DNA from: an uncultured Victivallales bacterium | Lineage (GTDB): Bacteria > Verrucomicrobiota > Lentisphaeria > Victivallales > UBA1829 | Direction: 5' to 3' | Assembly (NCBI GenBank): GCA_964534535.1 | Contig: CAZHPP010000002.1 | Coordinates: 1,922 to 35,024 of the forward strand | Length of the DNA stretch: 33,103 bases | Shown: positions 1 through 10,047 of the stretch, in pieces | How positions within the stretch are numbered: position 1 is the stretch's first letter | Layout of the letters: the number at the start of each line of letters is the position of its first letter | Notes under the pieces: generated by a model | What the model was told of the DNA's origin: nothing | Seen by the model: the letters and a program-made list of their open reading frames with translations, nothing else | Databases searched by the model: none | Program-made: the position numbers and the translations under genes

Positions 1-863
1 GCTTTCTGATGCAGAAGACCAGTTTTCCGATAGAGATTCTGATAAATGACGATGCATCGACCGATCATACAGCCGATATTATCCGGGAATATGAGTCAAG
101 ATATCCTGATCTGATAAAACCTGTCTATCAGAAAGAGAACCAGCATTCAAAGGGAGTCATTGTTCTTGCATTGGTTCTCAGCCGTGCAAAAGGCAAATAT
201 ATAGCCGTCTGCGAAGGCGATGATTTCTGGACTGATCCGAAAAAGCTTCAGATACAATATGATTTCATGGAAAGTCATCCGGATTACAGTCTGTGTTTTC
301 ATGGTTCAAGGGTCTTAAACATGAATACAGGTACCTATGACAATTCATATTTCAGCCATATCATAAACAAAGATTATACCGCTTCTGAACTGCTTGAGCG
401 ATGGACCGTTCCAACAGCAAGCGCTTTTTTCAGAACAGAATATCGTCATGATATTCCGCAGAACAGAGATTTCTGGTGCGGTGACATCGTTACATGGCTT
501 ACAATGTGTGAATCAGGCAAGGTACATGCTTTTGAGCGGAAGATGTCAGTCTATCGGCTGACACCTTCCGGCGCCATAAGTTCACTTTTCAGCATGGAAG
601 TCAATGACAGAATTGAAAGATTGAGAAGACATTACATCGCCCTGAGACAGGAATTCCCGGCAGTCGTGTCACACAGATATTATAAGGCGATGATGCTGAG
701 TCTGGATTATGATTATCTGCTGAACGTAAAAGATAAGCACGGCTTTGATGAATGCAGAAAGGAATTCTTTAAGTTTTCATTGATTAAACGCTTTCAAATC
801 TTTTCATTCTATTGCAGGTATCGTATTCGAACCGCAGTTCACAAGATCATGGGGGCTGGCTGA
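1..863 (+). CDS. Glycosyltransferase family 2 (GT-A fold), 5' end cut by the window edge
   Basis: The reading frame of ORF 9..863 stays open to position 1. EILINDDASTD and CEGDDFW (DxD-type) motifs are typical GT2. The usual N-terminal hhhPxYN strand is missing, so the start lies upstream of the window. Confidence 0.8.
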   Translation, partial: FLMQKTSFPIEILINDDASTDHTADIIREYESRYPDLIKPVYQKENQHSKGVIVLALVLSRAKGKYIAVCEGDDFWTDPKKLQIQYDFMESHPDYSLCFHGSRVLNMNTGTYDNSYFSHIINKDYTASELLERWTVPTASAFFRTEYRHDIPQNRDFWCGDIVTWLTMCESGKVHAFERKMSVYRLTPSGAISSLFSMEVNDRIERLRRHYIALRQEFPAVVSHRYYKAMMLSLDYDYLLNVKDKHGFDECRKEFFKFSLIKRFQIFSFYCRYRIRTAVHKIMGAG

Positions 864-866
864 CCT

Positions 867-1835
867 ATGCCCGAGATATCAGTCTGCATTGTGTTTTACA
901 ATGCCGGAAAATTCATTGAGAAATGTGCCTGTTCCCTTTTTGAACAGACGAAGGCGGATATGCAATACATTTTTGTCAATGACGGTTCCTGTGATGACAG
1001 TGCCGAAATCCTAAGATCTGTTTTGCGTCGATATCCGCACAGAGAACCCCAGACTGTCATGATAACCCACAAGGTCAACTTGGGCGTGGTTGCTTCACGC
1101 CGTGATGCAGTCCTTGCTGCAACCGGCGATTATATCATTCACTGCGATGCCGATGACTGGGTGGAACCGGATATTTATGAAAAATTGTACAGCTTTGTAA
1201 GGAAAAACAATGCAGACATGGCTTATTGCTCATTCTTCCGGGAAGCTGTCGATAAAAAAAATACTGGAATTCTTCATGAAACCGCATTCCATTCACCGTC
1301 CGAAATGATAAATGCTTTTTTTGTCGGGGAATCGCATGCCGCTTTATGCAACAAACTTTATCTGCGGCACCTTGAGCAGGCCGCAGTGCAGGAATGTCCT
1401 TCAGAAATAACGATGTGTGAAGATATGCGGATTAATATTGTGATGCTGCTCAAATGTAAAAAAATTGTCTTTTGTGAAGACGCATTGTATCATTATCGCG
1501 AAAATCCGTATTCTCTTACCCAGGCCGGCCGCGACCAGAAAAGCATCCGTTCGGAAATATCCAATATACAGTATTTTGACAATATTCTCCAAGATGCGGA
1601 TAACAATAAGTCGTTGGATATTTACAAACGCTGCATCTTGCTTGAGAGCTGCATGATGAATGCGATCCCGGCCGAACAGTGGCATTCTCTTTGGAAAAAA
1701 GCAAAAAGAGGAATTCTCAGTGCAAAAAATATAACCTGGAAATTAAAGGTCATTTTTATTTGCGCTTGCATAAATTACAGGTGGACAAGCCGGATCTGGC
1801 AGGCAAACAGACAAAAAAAGGTAAAATTCATCTGA
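867..1835 (+). CDS. Glycosyltransferase family 2
   Basis: N-terminus ISVCIVFYNAGKFIEKCACSLFEQT, then FVNDGSCDDS and HCDADDW: the canonical GT2 xYN / DDxS / DxD series. It starts 4 nt after the upstream stop. Confidence 0.85.
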   Translation: MPEISVCIVFYNAGKFIEKCACSLFEQTKADMQYIFVNDGSCDDSAEILRSVLRRYPHREPQTVMITHKVNLGVVASRRDAVLAATGDYIIHCDADDWVEPDIYEKLYSFVRKNNADMAYCSFFREAVDKKNTGILHETAFHSPSEMINAFFVGESHAALCNKLYLRHLEQAAVQECPSEITMCEDMRINIVMLLKCKKIVFCEDALYHYRENPYSLTQAGRDQKSIRSEISNIQYFDNILQDADNNKSLDIYKRCILLESCMMNAIPAEQWHSLWKKAKRGILSAKNITWKLKVIFICACINYRWTSRIWQANRQKKVKFI

Positions 1836-1875
1836 CAGAAACGAGTCATCCTGATGAAGGCATCCATGTTCCTTA

Positions 1876-2991
1876 ATGGACAAAAATAGGAACTGTCCTG
1901 ATACAATAATGCACAGCATCGTTTTCCTTTTTCCAGGTCCTGGGAATGAAGCCTGCGGCGGACTGAAAGTGGTCTGCGAATATGCAACCCGTCTTGCTGA
2001 GGACGGCTTCTCCGTCCATATCGTCTATGCCGGATCGTTGTTCTGGATGAGGAAAAGTCTATATTTCAAGCTGACAGGCATCTTCCGGTATCTTCAGCAC
2101 TGGCTGAAAGGTTTTTCATGCAGGAAATGGTTCAGATTGAATCCCCGTGTGAAAGAGCATTATGCTTTTTCCCTGAGTTTTTGCCATGTTCCGAAAGCCG
2201 ACAGGTATATAGCCACAAATCCTCAGACGGCAATGTATCTGAAAGATTATCCAGTCGTGAATGAACGCAAATTTTATCTGATACAGGGATATGAAAACTG
2301 GGGGGATGTCACAGATGAAATTCTGCGGCAGACCTATCATTACCCGCTTCAGAAGATTGTAATATCGTCGTGGCTCGGAAAAATCATGGACGAAGAACAT
2401 GAAAAGTGCGTCATGATCCATAACGGATTCGATTTCAACAGCTTCAGGATGACTCTCCCGATCGCACGAAAAGACCGCATGCGCATTGCAATGCTGTACC
2501 ATGCGATGGAGCGGAAGGGATGCCGGTATGGTTTCGAAGCGCTTGAAGCCGTGAAAAAACAATATCCGCAGCTTCGCGTGAATATCTTCGGCGTACCGCC
2601 TCGTCCGGCATCAATGCCTGACTGGTATGATTATCATCAGTCGCCGGACAGGGAGACACTCAACCGGATTTACAATGAGAGCGCTGTTTATCTTGGATGC
2701 AGCAGCGTGGAGGGCTGGGGATTGACAGTCGGTGAGGCCATGATCTGCGGATGTGCTGTGGTCTGTACCGACAATCCCGGCTATTCTGAAATGGCCCTCG
2801 ATATGGATACCGCACTGGTCTCGCCGGTCATGGACTCCGCAAAACTGGCACACAATATCCTGCGCTTTCTGCAAGACGATGGTTTGCGGCAGAGGATCGC
2901 CGAGGCCGGACAGAATTCCATTCGAAGGTTCACCTGGGACGATGCATATTCGAAATTCAAGGGCACGCTTGCCCAGGACGGAATAAAATGA
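1876..2991 (+). CDS. Glycosyltransferase, GT-B fold (GT4 / Glycos_transf_1 type)
   Basis: C-terminal SSVEGWGLTVGEAMICGCAVVCTD matches the GT4 E-x7-E region. An alternative start at ATG 1909 (MHSIVFLFPG...) would give a more typical N-terminus. Confidence 0.8.
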   Translation: MDKNRNCPDTIMHSIVFLFPGPGNEACGGLKVVCEYATRLAEDGFSVHIVYAGSLFWMRKSLYFKLTGIFRYLQHWLKGFSCRKWFRLNPRVKEHYAFSLSFCHVPKADRYIATNPQTAMYLKDYPVVNERKFYLIQGYENWGDVTDEILRQTYHYPLQKIVISSWLGKIMDEEHEKCVMIHNGFDFNSFRMTLPIARKDRMRIAMLYHAMERKGCRYGFEALEAVKKQYPQLRVNIFGVPPRPASMPDWYDYHQSPDRETLNRIYNESAVYLGCSSVEGWGLTVGEAMICGCAVVCTDNPGYSEMALDMDTALVSPVMDSAKLAHNILRFLQDDGLRQRIAEAGQNSIRRFTWDDAYSKFKGTLAQDGIK

Positions 2992-4859
2992 AGCTGGCAT
3001 CTTTTGACATATTTGACACGGCAGTGATCCGCAAGTGCGGAATGCCTGAAAATATATTCTGTCTGCTTTCATGGCGGCTTTTCCCGCATGATGAAAGTCT
3101 CAGGGATGATTTCTTAGTCTGGAGGAGACATGTCGAGCAACGGTTGAAAAAAGATGGAATGAATTCCGAAATAACGCTGACTGACATATACAGGGATGCG
3201 CCCTTCCGGGAATACACTCCGGCACAGCTTGCCGAATCCGAAATGGCCGTCGAATCAGAGAATCTTATTGCAGATCCGGCGGTGCTGAGGCAAATTGAGG
3301 AAAAACGTTCGGAGGGCTTCAGCATCGCATTCGTCAGCGACATGTATCTGCCTAAGAATTTTCTTGAAAATGTTCTGATCCGTGAAAAATGCATGAAAGC
3401 CGGGGATGCCGTATTTGTCTCCTGTGAATGCGGAGCCAGAAAAGACACCGGATCGCTCTATGAATTGGCAGGAAAACAGCTGAAGCCATCTTTTTGGGTT
3501 CATTACGGCGACAATTACCGCAGTGATTTCAAGATGCCGCGCAGGCATCACATTCATGCGGTAAAAACTGGAACAGGATACACTGCCGCCGAAAACAAAA
3601 TCTTATCCGGTTCCACACAGTTCAGGGATAATTTCCAGCTGCGGCTTCTGGCCGGACTTTCGCGTTCCGCACGGATTGTCAGCGGAAACACGCCTGCCGG
3701 GATTCTGGCCGCTGACTTCATCGCACCTGTTTATCTGCCGTATGTCCTGCATGTCTTCAGGACGGCTGATGCGCTCGGAATAAGGAAACTTTATTTTCTT
3801 TCACGCGACGGATATATTCTCAAAAAAGCCGCTTCAGCACTGCATGGCGGCACAGATATGCATGAACTCTTCGTTTCCAGGACATCGCTGCTGCTCCCGT
3901 ATCTTGCCTGTGAGTTTTCTCCGGAGGCGTATCTCCTTGTCATCGAGAAACACACCCTTTCAGGGAAACTCGCTGACGATCTGCTTATGCGGCTCGGTCT
4001 TTCAAAAAGAATGATGCATGAAAAGTATTCTGTCAGGTTTGATTATGACAGGATCGTCACAAAGGAACAGGAACAGGACTTTCTGGAAAAGCTTTTCAGA
4101 AGCCGGTTCTCGGAGACGCTGAAAAAAAAGGCGGCGGCGGCACATGCGCTGGCAATGGCATATTTTAAGCAGGAGGGACTGCTCGACGGAGGACGCTTCC
4201 TGCTGATAGATATCGGATGGCTTGGAACATCGAGAGTGATGATAAATTCATTGCTCAAACACGCCGGATGCCAAGAGGCCGAATTCCTGTATTGCGGCGT
4301 CAGAAGCGATGTATTTCCATGCAGGTTCGGAGCATACCGCACCTATTTCAGAGAGGGGATGCTCAGCACTGGAAGCACTGTTCTGATGGAAAAATACTTT
4401 TCGCAGAGCCCGAATCCCAGTGTGGCAGGATATGAAAATAACAACGGGAAAATTATTCCGGTCTGGGAAGAAGGGCGGCTGCCCGGCTGTCCGCAGACAT
4501 TGCATATCAATGAGGCAGTGATGAAATATATGGCGGAGTCGCTGCGGAATTTTCCTTTCAGCGAAGAAGTCCTTTATTCCTGGGCCAAGAAGTCAATGGA
4601 TTTCATATCATGCGGGGAAGGGGATGTGGACTATTCACCATTGGCGGAAGCCGGCGATTTCGATTCCTGCGATTTTGTCCGGAAACTTTCACCTGCCGAG
4701 ATCATAAGAATTGCCTCTGGAAGACGCGTGACTGCATTCGACGAAGGAAGCCTGCAGGTTTCCGTTGGCTCCCGCTGCGGCAGACTTGTGATGCATCTGC
4801 ATTCGCTGATGATCAGGTTTGCATATCCTGCATACAGGAAGGTTTTCATGAACAGATGA
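2988..4859 (+). CDS. Two-domain HAD-superfamily-like protein (COG5610-type layout), role in the locus unknown
   Basis: N-terminal SFDIFDTAV (HAD motif I DxDxT), FVSDMY (motif II-like) and YGDNYRSD (motif III/IV-like). The second half carries a degenerate repeat (YFLSRDGY ... IDIGWLGT). ATGA overlap with the upstream GT4 stop. Confidence 0.6.
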   Translation: MKLASFDIFDTAVIRKCGMPENIFCLLSWRLFPHDESLRDDFLVWRRHVEQRLKKDGMNSEITLTDIYRDAPFREYTPAQLAESEMAVESENLIADPAVLRQIEEKRSEGFSIAFVSDMYLPKNFLENVLIREKCMKAGDAVFVSCECGARKDTGSLYELAGKQLKPSFWVHYGDNYRSDFKMPRRHHIHAVKTGTGYTAAENKILSGSTQFRDNFQLRLLAGLSRSARIVSGNTPAGILAADFIAPVYLPYVLHVFRTADALGIRKLYFLSRDGYILKKAASALHGGTDMHELFVSRTSLLLPYLACEFSPEAYLLVIEKHTLSGKLADDLLMRLGLSKRMMHEKYSVRFDYDRIVTKEQEQDFLEKLFRSRFSETLKKKAAAAHALAMAYFKQEGLLDGGRFLLIDIGWLGTSRVMINSLLKHAGCQEAEFLYCGVRSDVFPCRFGAYRTYFREGMLSTGSTVLMEKYFSQSPNPSVAGYENNNGKIIPVWEEGRLPGCPQTLHINEAVMKYMAESLRNFPFSEEVLYSWAKKSMDFISCGEGDVDYSPLAEAGDFDSCDFVRKLSPAEIIRIASGRRVTAFDEGSLQVSVGSRCGRLVMHLHSLMIRFAYPAYRKVFMNR

Positions 4860-5719
4860 AACTTGCCGTCATCATCCTTAACTATAATTCCGGTGCAGAC
4901 TGCCGCAAATGCATTGCTGATCTTAAAAGACAGACATTTTCAGAGGCTGAAATAGTCGTCGTCGACAACTGTTCGCGTGAAGACGACGCAGATGCCGTCC
5001 GCCAGTTCTGCAGAGAGAACGGATGTACATTCATATCAAGTGCGTCCAACCGCGGTTACAATGCCGGGAACAATGTCGGACTGCGGTATGCAGCCGGAAA
5101 CGGCTGCGAATTCGTATTGGTGTGCAATCCGGATGTGGAATTCCCTCAGCCCGGCTATGTCCAGAAACTCATTGACATCATGGAAGGCGATGAAAAAATT
5201 GCTGTATGCGGCAGCGACATCGTTACTCCGGAGGGGATTCATCAGAATCCCAAATATTGTCCTGAATGCAGCTGGCAGCAGAGTTTCAGATGGATTGGAG
5301 AAGTTTTCCGTTCGCGCAGTACCGGTCCTGTTCCTGAATGGGTGGAGGATCCCGGTCATTCCCGTTTCTGCAAGGCCGTAAACGGATGCTGCCTGATGCT
5401 CAGGATGTCTTTCCTGAAACAGATCGGTTTCTTTGATGAGCGCACCTTCCTGTATGGAGAAGAACCTATTCTTGGCCGGCAGGTCGAAATGTCCGGATGG
5501 AAAATGTACTATGCGGCGGATGTTGCAGCAGTTCATAACCACAGGAAAAGCCGGGAAGGAAGTCATTCTTTCTGTGCCCGCCACTGGCGGCATTCTCAAC
5601 TTGTGTATCTGCGCTTTTACAGCGGATATCCGTTCTACGGGAAATGTTTTGCAGCATTGTCGGTGTTCATTTATTTCACCATGCTGGAACTTTATCATCT
5701 GGTGAGGAAAAATGGATAA
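4856..5719 (+). CDS. Glycosyltransferase family 2 (rhamnosyltransferase-like pattern)
   Basis: MKLAVIILNYNSGADCRKCIADLKRQT, VVVDNCS, NRGYNAGNNVG, LVCNPDV. The ORF opens at 4610, but ATG 4856 forms an ATGA overlap with the upstream stop and gives the canonical GT2 N-terminus. Confidence 0.85.
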   Translation: MKLAVIILNYNSGADCRKCIADLKRQTFSEAEIVVVDNCSREDDADAVRQFCRENGCTFISSASNRGYNAGNNVGLRYAAGNGCEFVLVCNPDVEFPQPGYVQKLIDIMEGDEKIAVCGSDIVTPEGIHQNPKYCPECSWQQSFRWIGEVFRSRSTGPVPEWVEDPGHSRFCKAVNGCCLMLRMSFLKQIGFFDERTFLYGEEPILGRQVEMSGWKMYYAADVAAVHNHRKSREGSHSFCARHWRHSQLVYLRFYSGYPFYGKCFAALSVFIYFTMLELYHLVRKNG

Positions 5720-6728
5720 CGGAGTCAGACTGGAATATATAGACTCGGTAAAAGGAGCCGGCATTCTCTGCATAGTCCTTCTGCACTTTGAAGAAGGAAT
5801 ATTCCCCGGATGGCTTAACACATGGATCGGTCTGTTCATGATCTCAACGTTTTATGTCACCTCCGGATGGCTGCAGGGACTTCGTGCGGGAACAGTTCCT
5901 CTGAAGGAGTTCGCCCGCAGGCGGCTCAGACAGCTGGGAATGCCGTATCTCTGCTTCTCTCTGCTTATCATCCTGTTCGAATTTATATGGATGCTGACGG
6001 GATTCATGGAATTCAGAGTCCTGCTTCGGGACATCTACAAGACGCTGGTCCTGCGCGGGATCGGCACGCTGTGGTTCTTCCCTGTATTGTTTGCCGGAGA
6101 ATGTATTTTATGCTTTATCAGAACACGCAGACATCCGATCGTTACTGCAGTGTGCGCTTTCGCTCTGACTGTCCCTGCGGCATACTGCTATTCGCATTTC
6201 ATCCTTGCGGCAAGGGAAACCGATGATCTTCACCGTATCATGGAAGCTCCGCTGCGTCCTGTGATTTACGGCATCAGCGCATGGCCGGTAATCGGAATCG
6301 GTTTCCTCGCAGGACGATATGGAAGCAGTATTCTTGCGGATCGGCGGCGGGGGCTGATCTGCCTGACCGGCCTGGTCTTTGCCGCATTCAGCATACTGTT
6401 CGTGATCCATCCTCCATTTAAACTTTTTTACCTGAATGAAATCATCAGCAATACTGTGCCCGTGTTCGGCCTTATATGTATTTTCTTCGCGGCAAAGCAG
6501 AATCTCATCACAGATTTCTTTGCATACTGGGGGAGAAATTCTCTGATCCTGATGTGCACTCATTACAGCATAACAGAGGAAATCATCAGGACATTCTGCA
6601 TGCGCGGAATGCACATGGAAAAATTCAGCGGGTGGATGACGCTGGCAGCCTTTGCAGCGGCGTTGTTCGTCACCTGGCTCATGATACCGCTTTTTAACAG
6701 CAAACTTCGCTTCATGTTAGGAAAATGA
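5712..6728 (+). CDS. Acyltransferase family 3 (AT3, OafA-like O-acyltransferase), integral membrane
   Basis: N-terminal YIDSVKGAGILCIVLLH opening motif of Acyl_transf_3 proteins, followed by about ten hydrophobic segments. 8-nt overlap with the upstream gene. Confidence 0.8.
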   Translation: MDNGVRLEYIDSVKGAGILCIVLLHFEEGIFPGWLNTWIGLFMISTFYVTSGWLQGLRAGTVPLKEFARRRLRQLGMPYLCFSLLIILFEFIWMLTGFMEFRVLLRDIYKTLVLRGIGTLWFFPVLFAGECILCFIRTRRHPIVTAVCAFALTVPAAYCYSHFILAARETDDLHRIMEAPLRPVIYGISAWPVIGIGFLAGRYGSSILADRRRGLICLTGLVFAAFSILFVIHPPFKLFYLNEIISNTVPVFGLICIFFAAKQNLITDFFAYWGRNSLILMCTHYSITEEIIRTFCMRGMHMEKFSGWMTLAAFAAALFVTWLMIPLFNSKLRFMLGK

Positions 6729-8005
6729 CATTGTCTATCAGCATTGATCAGAAAGAGAGCATCGGCACGGAAACAAAGTCCGCTCCTGTGGCTTTGAAAT
6801 GGTTCGCATCTGCGTTTATCGTATTGTTCGGAATTTCATATTATCCGATTGAAATCTTCGGCGGCGGGTTCGGTCCGTTAAAACTTGGAATGATGATGCT
6901 TGCCGCCATGATTCTGATATGCTTTGCGTTCCGTCCGTCGAACGCAATGATCATGGGGTCTCTGTACTTCGGGTATCAGCTCTTTTCCGCCAGTCTGCAC
7001 CCGGAGACGCTGCGCTGGTCAACGCTTCTGTTTTCCGCTGGACTTGTATATGCATATGTATGCATGTACAATCTGATTTATATTTTCAATGTCTTCAGCA
7101 TTGATTCGTTTCTCAAACTTGTAAGGCGTATGATCACGGCATATTTCATTGTATGTGTAATTCAGCAGATATTAATCATCGCCGGGATGAAATATTTTCC
7201 GCTTGTCAATATGATCAGCGATCTCAACCGTGGAATCGGATGCAATTCTCTTTCAATGGAACCGAGTACATTTGCACGCTTCATGCTCGTATTTTACTAT
7301 GCTTATGTAAAATGCTCGGAATATAAACGGGGAAAAGGTCCGTTCAGCATAAAAGAGCTGCTGTCAGGAGAACACAGGAACGTGACGCTGATGTTTTTCT
7401 GGATGATGACCACCATGGGCAGCGGGACTGCCTTCGTGTGCCTGATCGTCTTTGCCTGCTATTTCATCAACAGAAAAAATTATGGGTATATGCTGCCTTT
7501 CCTGGCAGGCTGCTACATAGTCCTGCAGTTCCTGCCGTTTACCCAGCTTCAGCGTGCGACTTCGGTAATCAATGCCACCAGCACATTCGACCAGAGCGCA
7601 GTCATGGAAACCGATGGTTCAGCAGGGTCACGGATCAGTCCTCTCATCAATTCATTCCACGCCGATTTTTCCAGGTTTGAGACATGGTTCGGATACGGCA
7701 TCGATTATGCAAAAGAGAACAATCTTGTGCTTGCGCAGAAAGCAACGTTGTTCGATGATTACGGCTTTATTGCTTACATCCTGGCAATAATCATGAATTT
7801 TACATGTGCATACCGGTTTTTCTCTCTGGCGACTCTGTTCATGATTATCGGTGTCGGCGGAGGAGCCGGGACGAATATCCATTACACATGGACGCTTATG
7901 GCCGTCATGACTGCCATAAGATATTTTTATGACACTGTTCAATATCCCAGAATGCTGTCTGAAAGGAAAGAACAGCAACAGAAATTCAGGGATTATAAAA
8001 TATGA
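6725..8005 (+). CDS. Polytopic membrane protein, O-antigen polymerase (Wzy)/O-antigen-ligase-like candidate
   Basis: 426 aa, hydrophobic throughout, with one larger hydrophilic loop (TSTFDQSAVMETDGSAGSRISP...) and a WFGYGIDY segment resembling the Wzy_C-type GxG region. It is the only non-AT3 polytopic protein in the array. ATGA overlap. Function is inferred from context. Confidence 0.5.
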   Translation: MTLSISIDQKESIGTETKSAPVALKWFASAFIVLFGISYYPIEIFGGGFGPLKLGMMMLAAMILICFAFRPSNAMIMGSLYFGYQLFSASLHPETLRWSTLLFSAGLVYAYVCMYNLIYIFNVFSIDSFLKLVRRMITAYFIVCVIQQILIIAGMKYFPLVNMISDLNRGIGCNSLSMEPSTFARFMLVFYYAYVKCSEYKRGKGPFSIKELLSGEHRNVTLMFFWMMTTMGSGTAFVCLIVFACYFINRKNYGYMLPFLAGCYIVLQFLPFTQLQRATSVINATSTFDQSAVMETDGSAGSRISPLINSFHADFSRFETWFGYGIDYAKENNLVLAQKATLFDDYGFIAYILAIIMNFTCAYRFFSLATLFMIIGVGGGAGTNIHYTWTLMAVMTAIRYFYDTVQYPRMLSERKEQQQKFRDYKI

Positions 8006-9030
8006 GCGCAGGAAAGCTCAGGAAAGTTTTTGTTCTTTTGACGAAAACCGCCCGCGAATTCTTTGTCATGTGGAAGGTCTTCGGGTTCCGTTATGCTTTT
8101 TATGGGTTGGCATGGTGGCTCTGCTTCTATGGAGCACTGCCCTTCCGAGCTAAAATATCAAGATGGGCTCTGAACGGAAAGACAGACTGGCTGGATGATT
8201 ATGTCGGCAGAAAATATGCGGATGTCCTTGCCGAATTCAATGATTGCGGGCAAGATACGGAGCCGGCGGCGCAGCACCGGATATGGGTGTTCTGGGGACA
8301 GGGCGAAAACGCAATGCCGCCGCTTGTGCTTGCATGTTACCGTCAGCTTGTAAAATTCAACGGCAATGTCACTCTTGTCACATGTCAGAACATCGGGGAT
8401 TACATCAAGCTTCCGTCTGTCGTTTTTGAAAAAGTGAACAATGGCATTATTACATGGGCGCATTTCAGCGATATTGTACGCAATGCGCTACTTGCGGAAT
8501 ACGGCGGGCTGTGGCTTGACGCCACCGTCTGGGTCCCCGGACGGCTGCCGCTTGAAAAACTTGATGGAATGGCATTCTTTACCGCATGCGGCACAAGATC
8601 CGCAGGCAGACCGGCTGCCTGTTTCTGGACGACTCTGGAATGGAGCTGGAGCGGTTGGTGTCTGTGGTCCCCCAATGGAAGATATCTCCTTTTCCGGTTC
8701 GTAAGCAGAATGCTTCAGGAAATGGCACTTAATGAAAAGGCCACTCCGGATTATGTAATCATTGATTATCTCATTTATTATGCATGCCGCCATTTTAAGA
8801 GTGTTCGGGAGAATATGGAAAAATGCCGGGAAATTCCATGCAATCAACGCAACAGGCTTGCGCTTCTCATGAATGAGCCTTATGACGCTGAAATATACCG
8901 CAGACTCACCAAGGAGGATTTCGTATTCAAACTGAGCTACAGGGCGGATTGGAAATCCAGAACGCGGGATGGACGTTGCACTTTTTACGGGAAACTGATA
9001 TCTGACACAGTTTTCCCAGGCAGGGAATAA
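8002..9030 (+). CDS. Capsular polysaccharide synthesis protein (Caps_synth / GT32-like sugar-binding DXD region)
   Basis: RIWVFWGQGENAMPPLV ... HFSDIVRNALLAEYGGLWLDATVW matches the Caps_synth/Gly_transf_sug signature (sD..R..lL..yGG.wlD). ATGA overlap. Confidence 0.7.
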   Translation: MSAGKLRKVFVLLTKTAREFFVMWKVFGFRYAFYGLAWWLCFYGALPFRAKISRWALNGKTDWLDDYVGRKYADVLAEFNDCGQDTEPAAQHRIWVFWGQGENAMPPLVLACYRQLVKFNGNVTLVTCQNIGDYIKLPSVVFEKVNNGIITWAHFSDIVRNALLAEYGGLWLDATVWVPGRLPLEKLDGMAFFTACGTRSAGRPAACFWTTLEWSWSGWCLWSPNGRYLLFRFVSRMLQEMALNEKATPDYVIIDYLIYYACRHFKSVRENMEKCREIPCNQRNRLALLMNEPYDAEIYRRLTKEDFVFKLSYRADWKSRTRDGRCTFYGKLISDTVFPGRE

Positions 9031-10047
9031 ATGCATTGCAGAGAATATTCAACGCTGCTTTCGCGCGAGGAGTCCGGAGCCGTCAAGGGGCTGCTGATCC
9101 TCTTGATCGTTTTGGGGCATAATTCACTGATTATGCAGCCTACGGGACTTTTCCCTTACCTTTACAGTTTCCATGTCTACTGCTTCTACATATTCCCGTT
9201 CATCTACGGCTTCCGGGCTGAGTCAGATGACATCCCGTTGATCAGGGTCATCTGGGAAAAAACGCTGCACAACTTCAGACGTCTGTACCCGCTGTATATC
9301 ATCTGGTGCGGGATCGGCATATTTGCCTCACACTTCATCAAACATCAGGAATTTGAGATCTTCAGGACGATATATTCCGTAATAAGCGGAAATCAGGTGA
9401 CTCTTTCCCAATATTGCGGTTTTGCATTCCTGTGGTTTCTGCCGACCATTGTCGCCGTAATGTTCTGGAGGGATGTATTTTTCTGTCTGCCGCGCTGGGG
9501 AAAATGCGTGCAACTCTGCATTTCCCTGGCATTATGGACTCTTGCCGTAATGGGGTTCACAAATTTTCATCATTCAGGCAACTATATCCCGTTTGCATTG
9601 GCACAGGGACTTTATTTTTGCGCTTCAGGAATACTGGCAAGGTGGATTCTGGAGCACACGACAGTATCGGTCCTGACACGCACAGCGGCAATCCCGCTGT
9701 TTATGCTGATCCCAGTTTTTATCAGGTTCAGGGGATATTTGCCGCCGGACTTCACATGGCTTTCCTGGCTTATTCCCCCGACCGTGGCATTCATCTGCAT
9801 TTATCAGTTCAAGAAGTATCTTTCAAGAAGCCGCATGCTGAGATTCATAGGGGAATATTCTCTTCAGATATATATTCTTCATATAATCGTGTTCAATGCC
9901 TTCTTGAAAACAGGAAAGTTCAGTGGTCTTGCGGCAGGTGTCGTCATCTACATTCTGACAATAGTTTGCTGCATTGCTGCCGCATATTGCATGAAACTCA
10001 CTCCGGTCAAGTGGATGATCTTCCCATGGAAAGGCAGACAGACATGA
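9031..10047 (+). CDS. Acyltransferase family 3 (AT3), integral membrane
   Basis: GAVKGLLILLIVLGHN opening motif plus multiple hydrophobic segments. The ATG directly follows the upstream TAA. Confidence 0.7.
   Translation: MHCREYSTLLSREESGAVKGLLILLIVLGHNSLIMQPTGLFPYLYSFHVYCFYIFPFIYGFRAESDDIPLIRVIWEKTLHNFRRLYPLYIIWCGIGIFASHFIKHQEFEIFRTIYSVISGNQVTLSQYCGFAFLWFLPTIVAVMFWRDVFFCLPRWGKCVQLCISLALWTLAVMGFTNFHHSGNYIPFALAQGLYFCASGILARWILEHTTVSVLTRTAAIPLFMLIPVFIRFRGYLPPDFTWLSWLIPPTVAFICIYQFKKYLSRSRMLRFIGEYSLQIYILHIIVFNAFLKTGKFSGLAAGVVIYILTIVCCIAAAYCMKLTPVKWMIFPWKGRQT

Noticed and set aside
4610-4855. N-terminal extension of the GT2 ORF (start 4610); likewise 9414..10043 for the GT-like gene and 27756..27980 for the pseudopilin-like gene
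   Set aside because: The extensions overlap the preceding genes or lack any family similarity. Internal ATGs (4856, 10044, 27981) give canonical N-termini, and for two of them an ATGA junction.
5036-5839. 267-aa minus-strand ORF; likewise 15715..16410 (231 aa) and 6108..6614 (168 aa)
   Set aside because: They are antisense to well-supported GT2 and AT3 genes and have no motifs.
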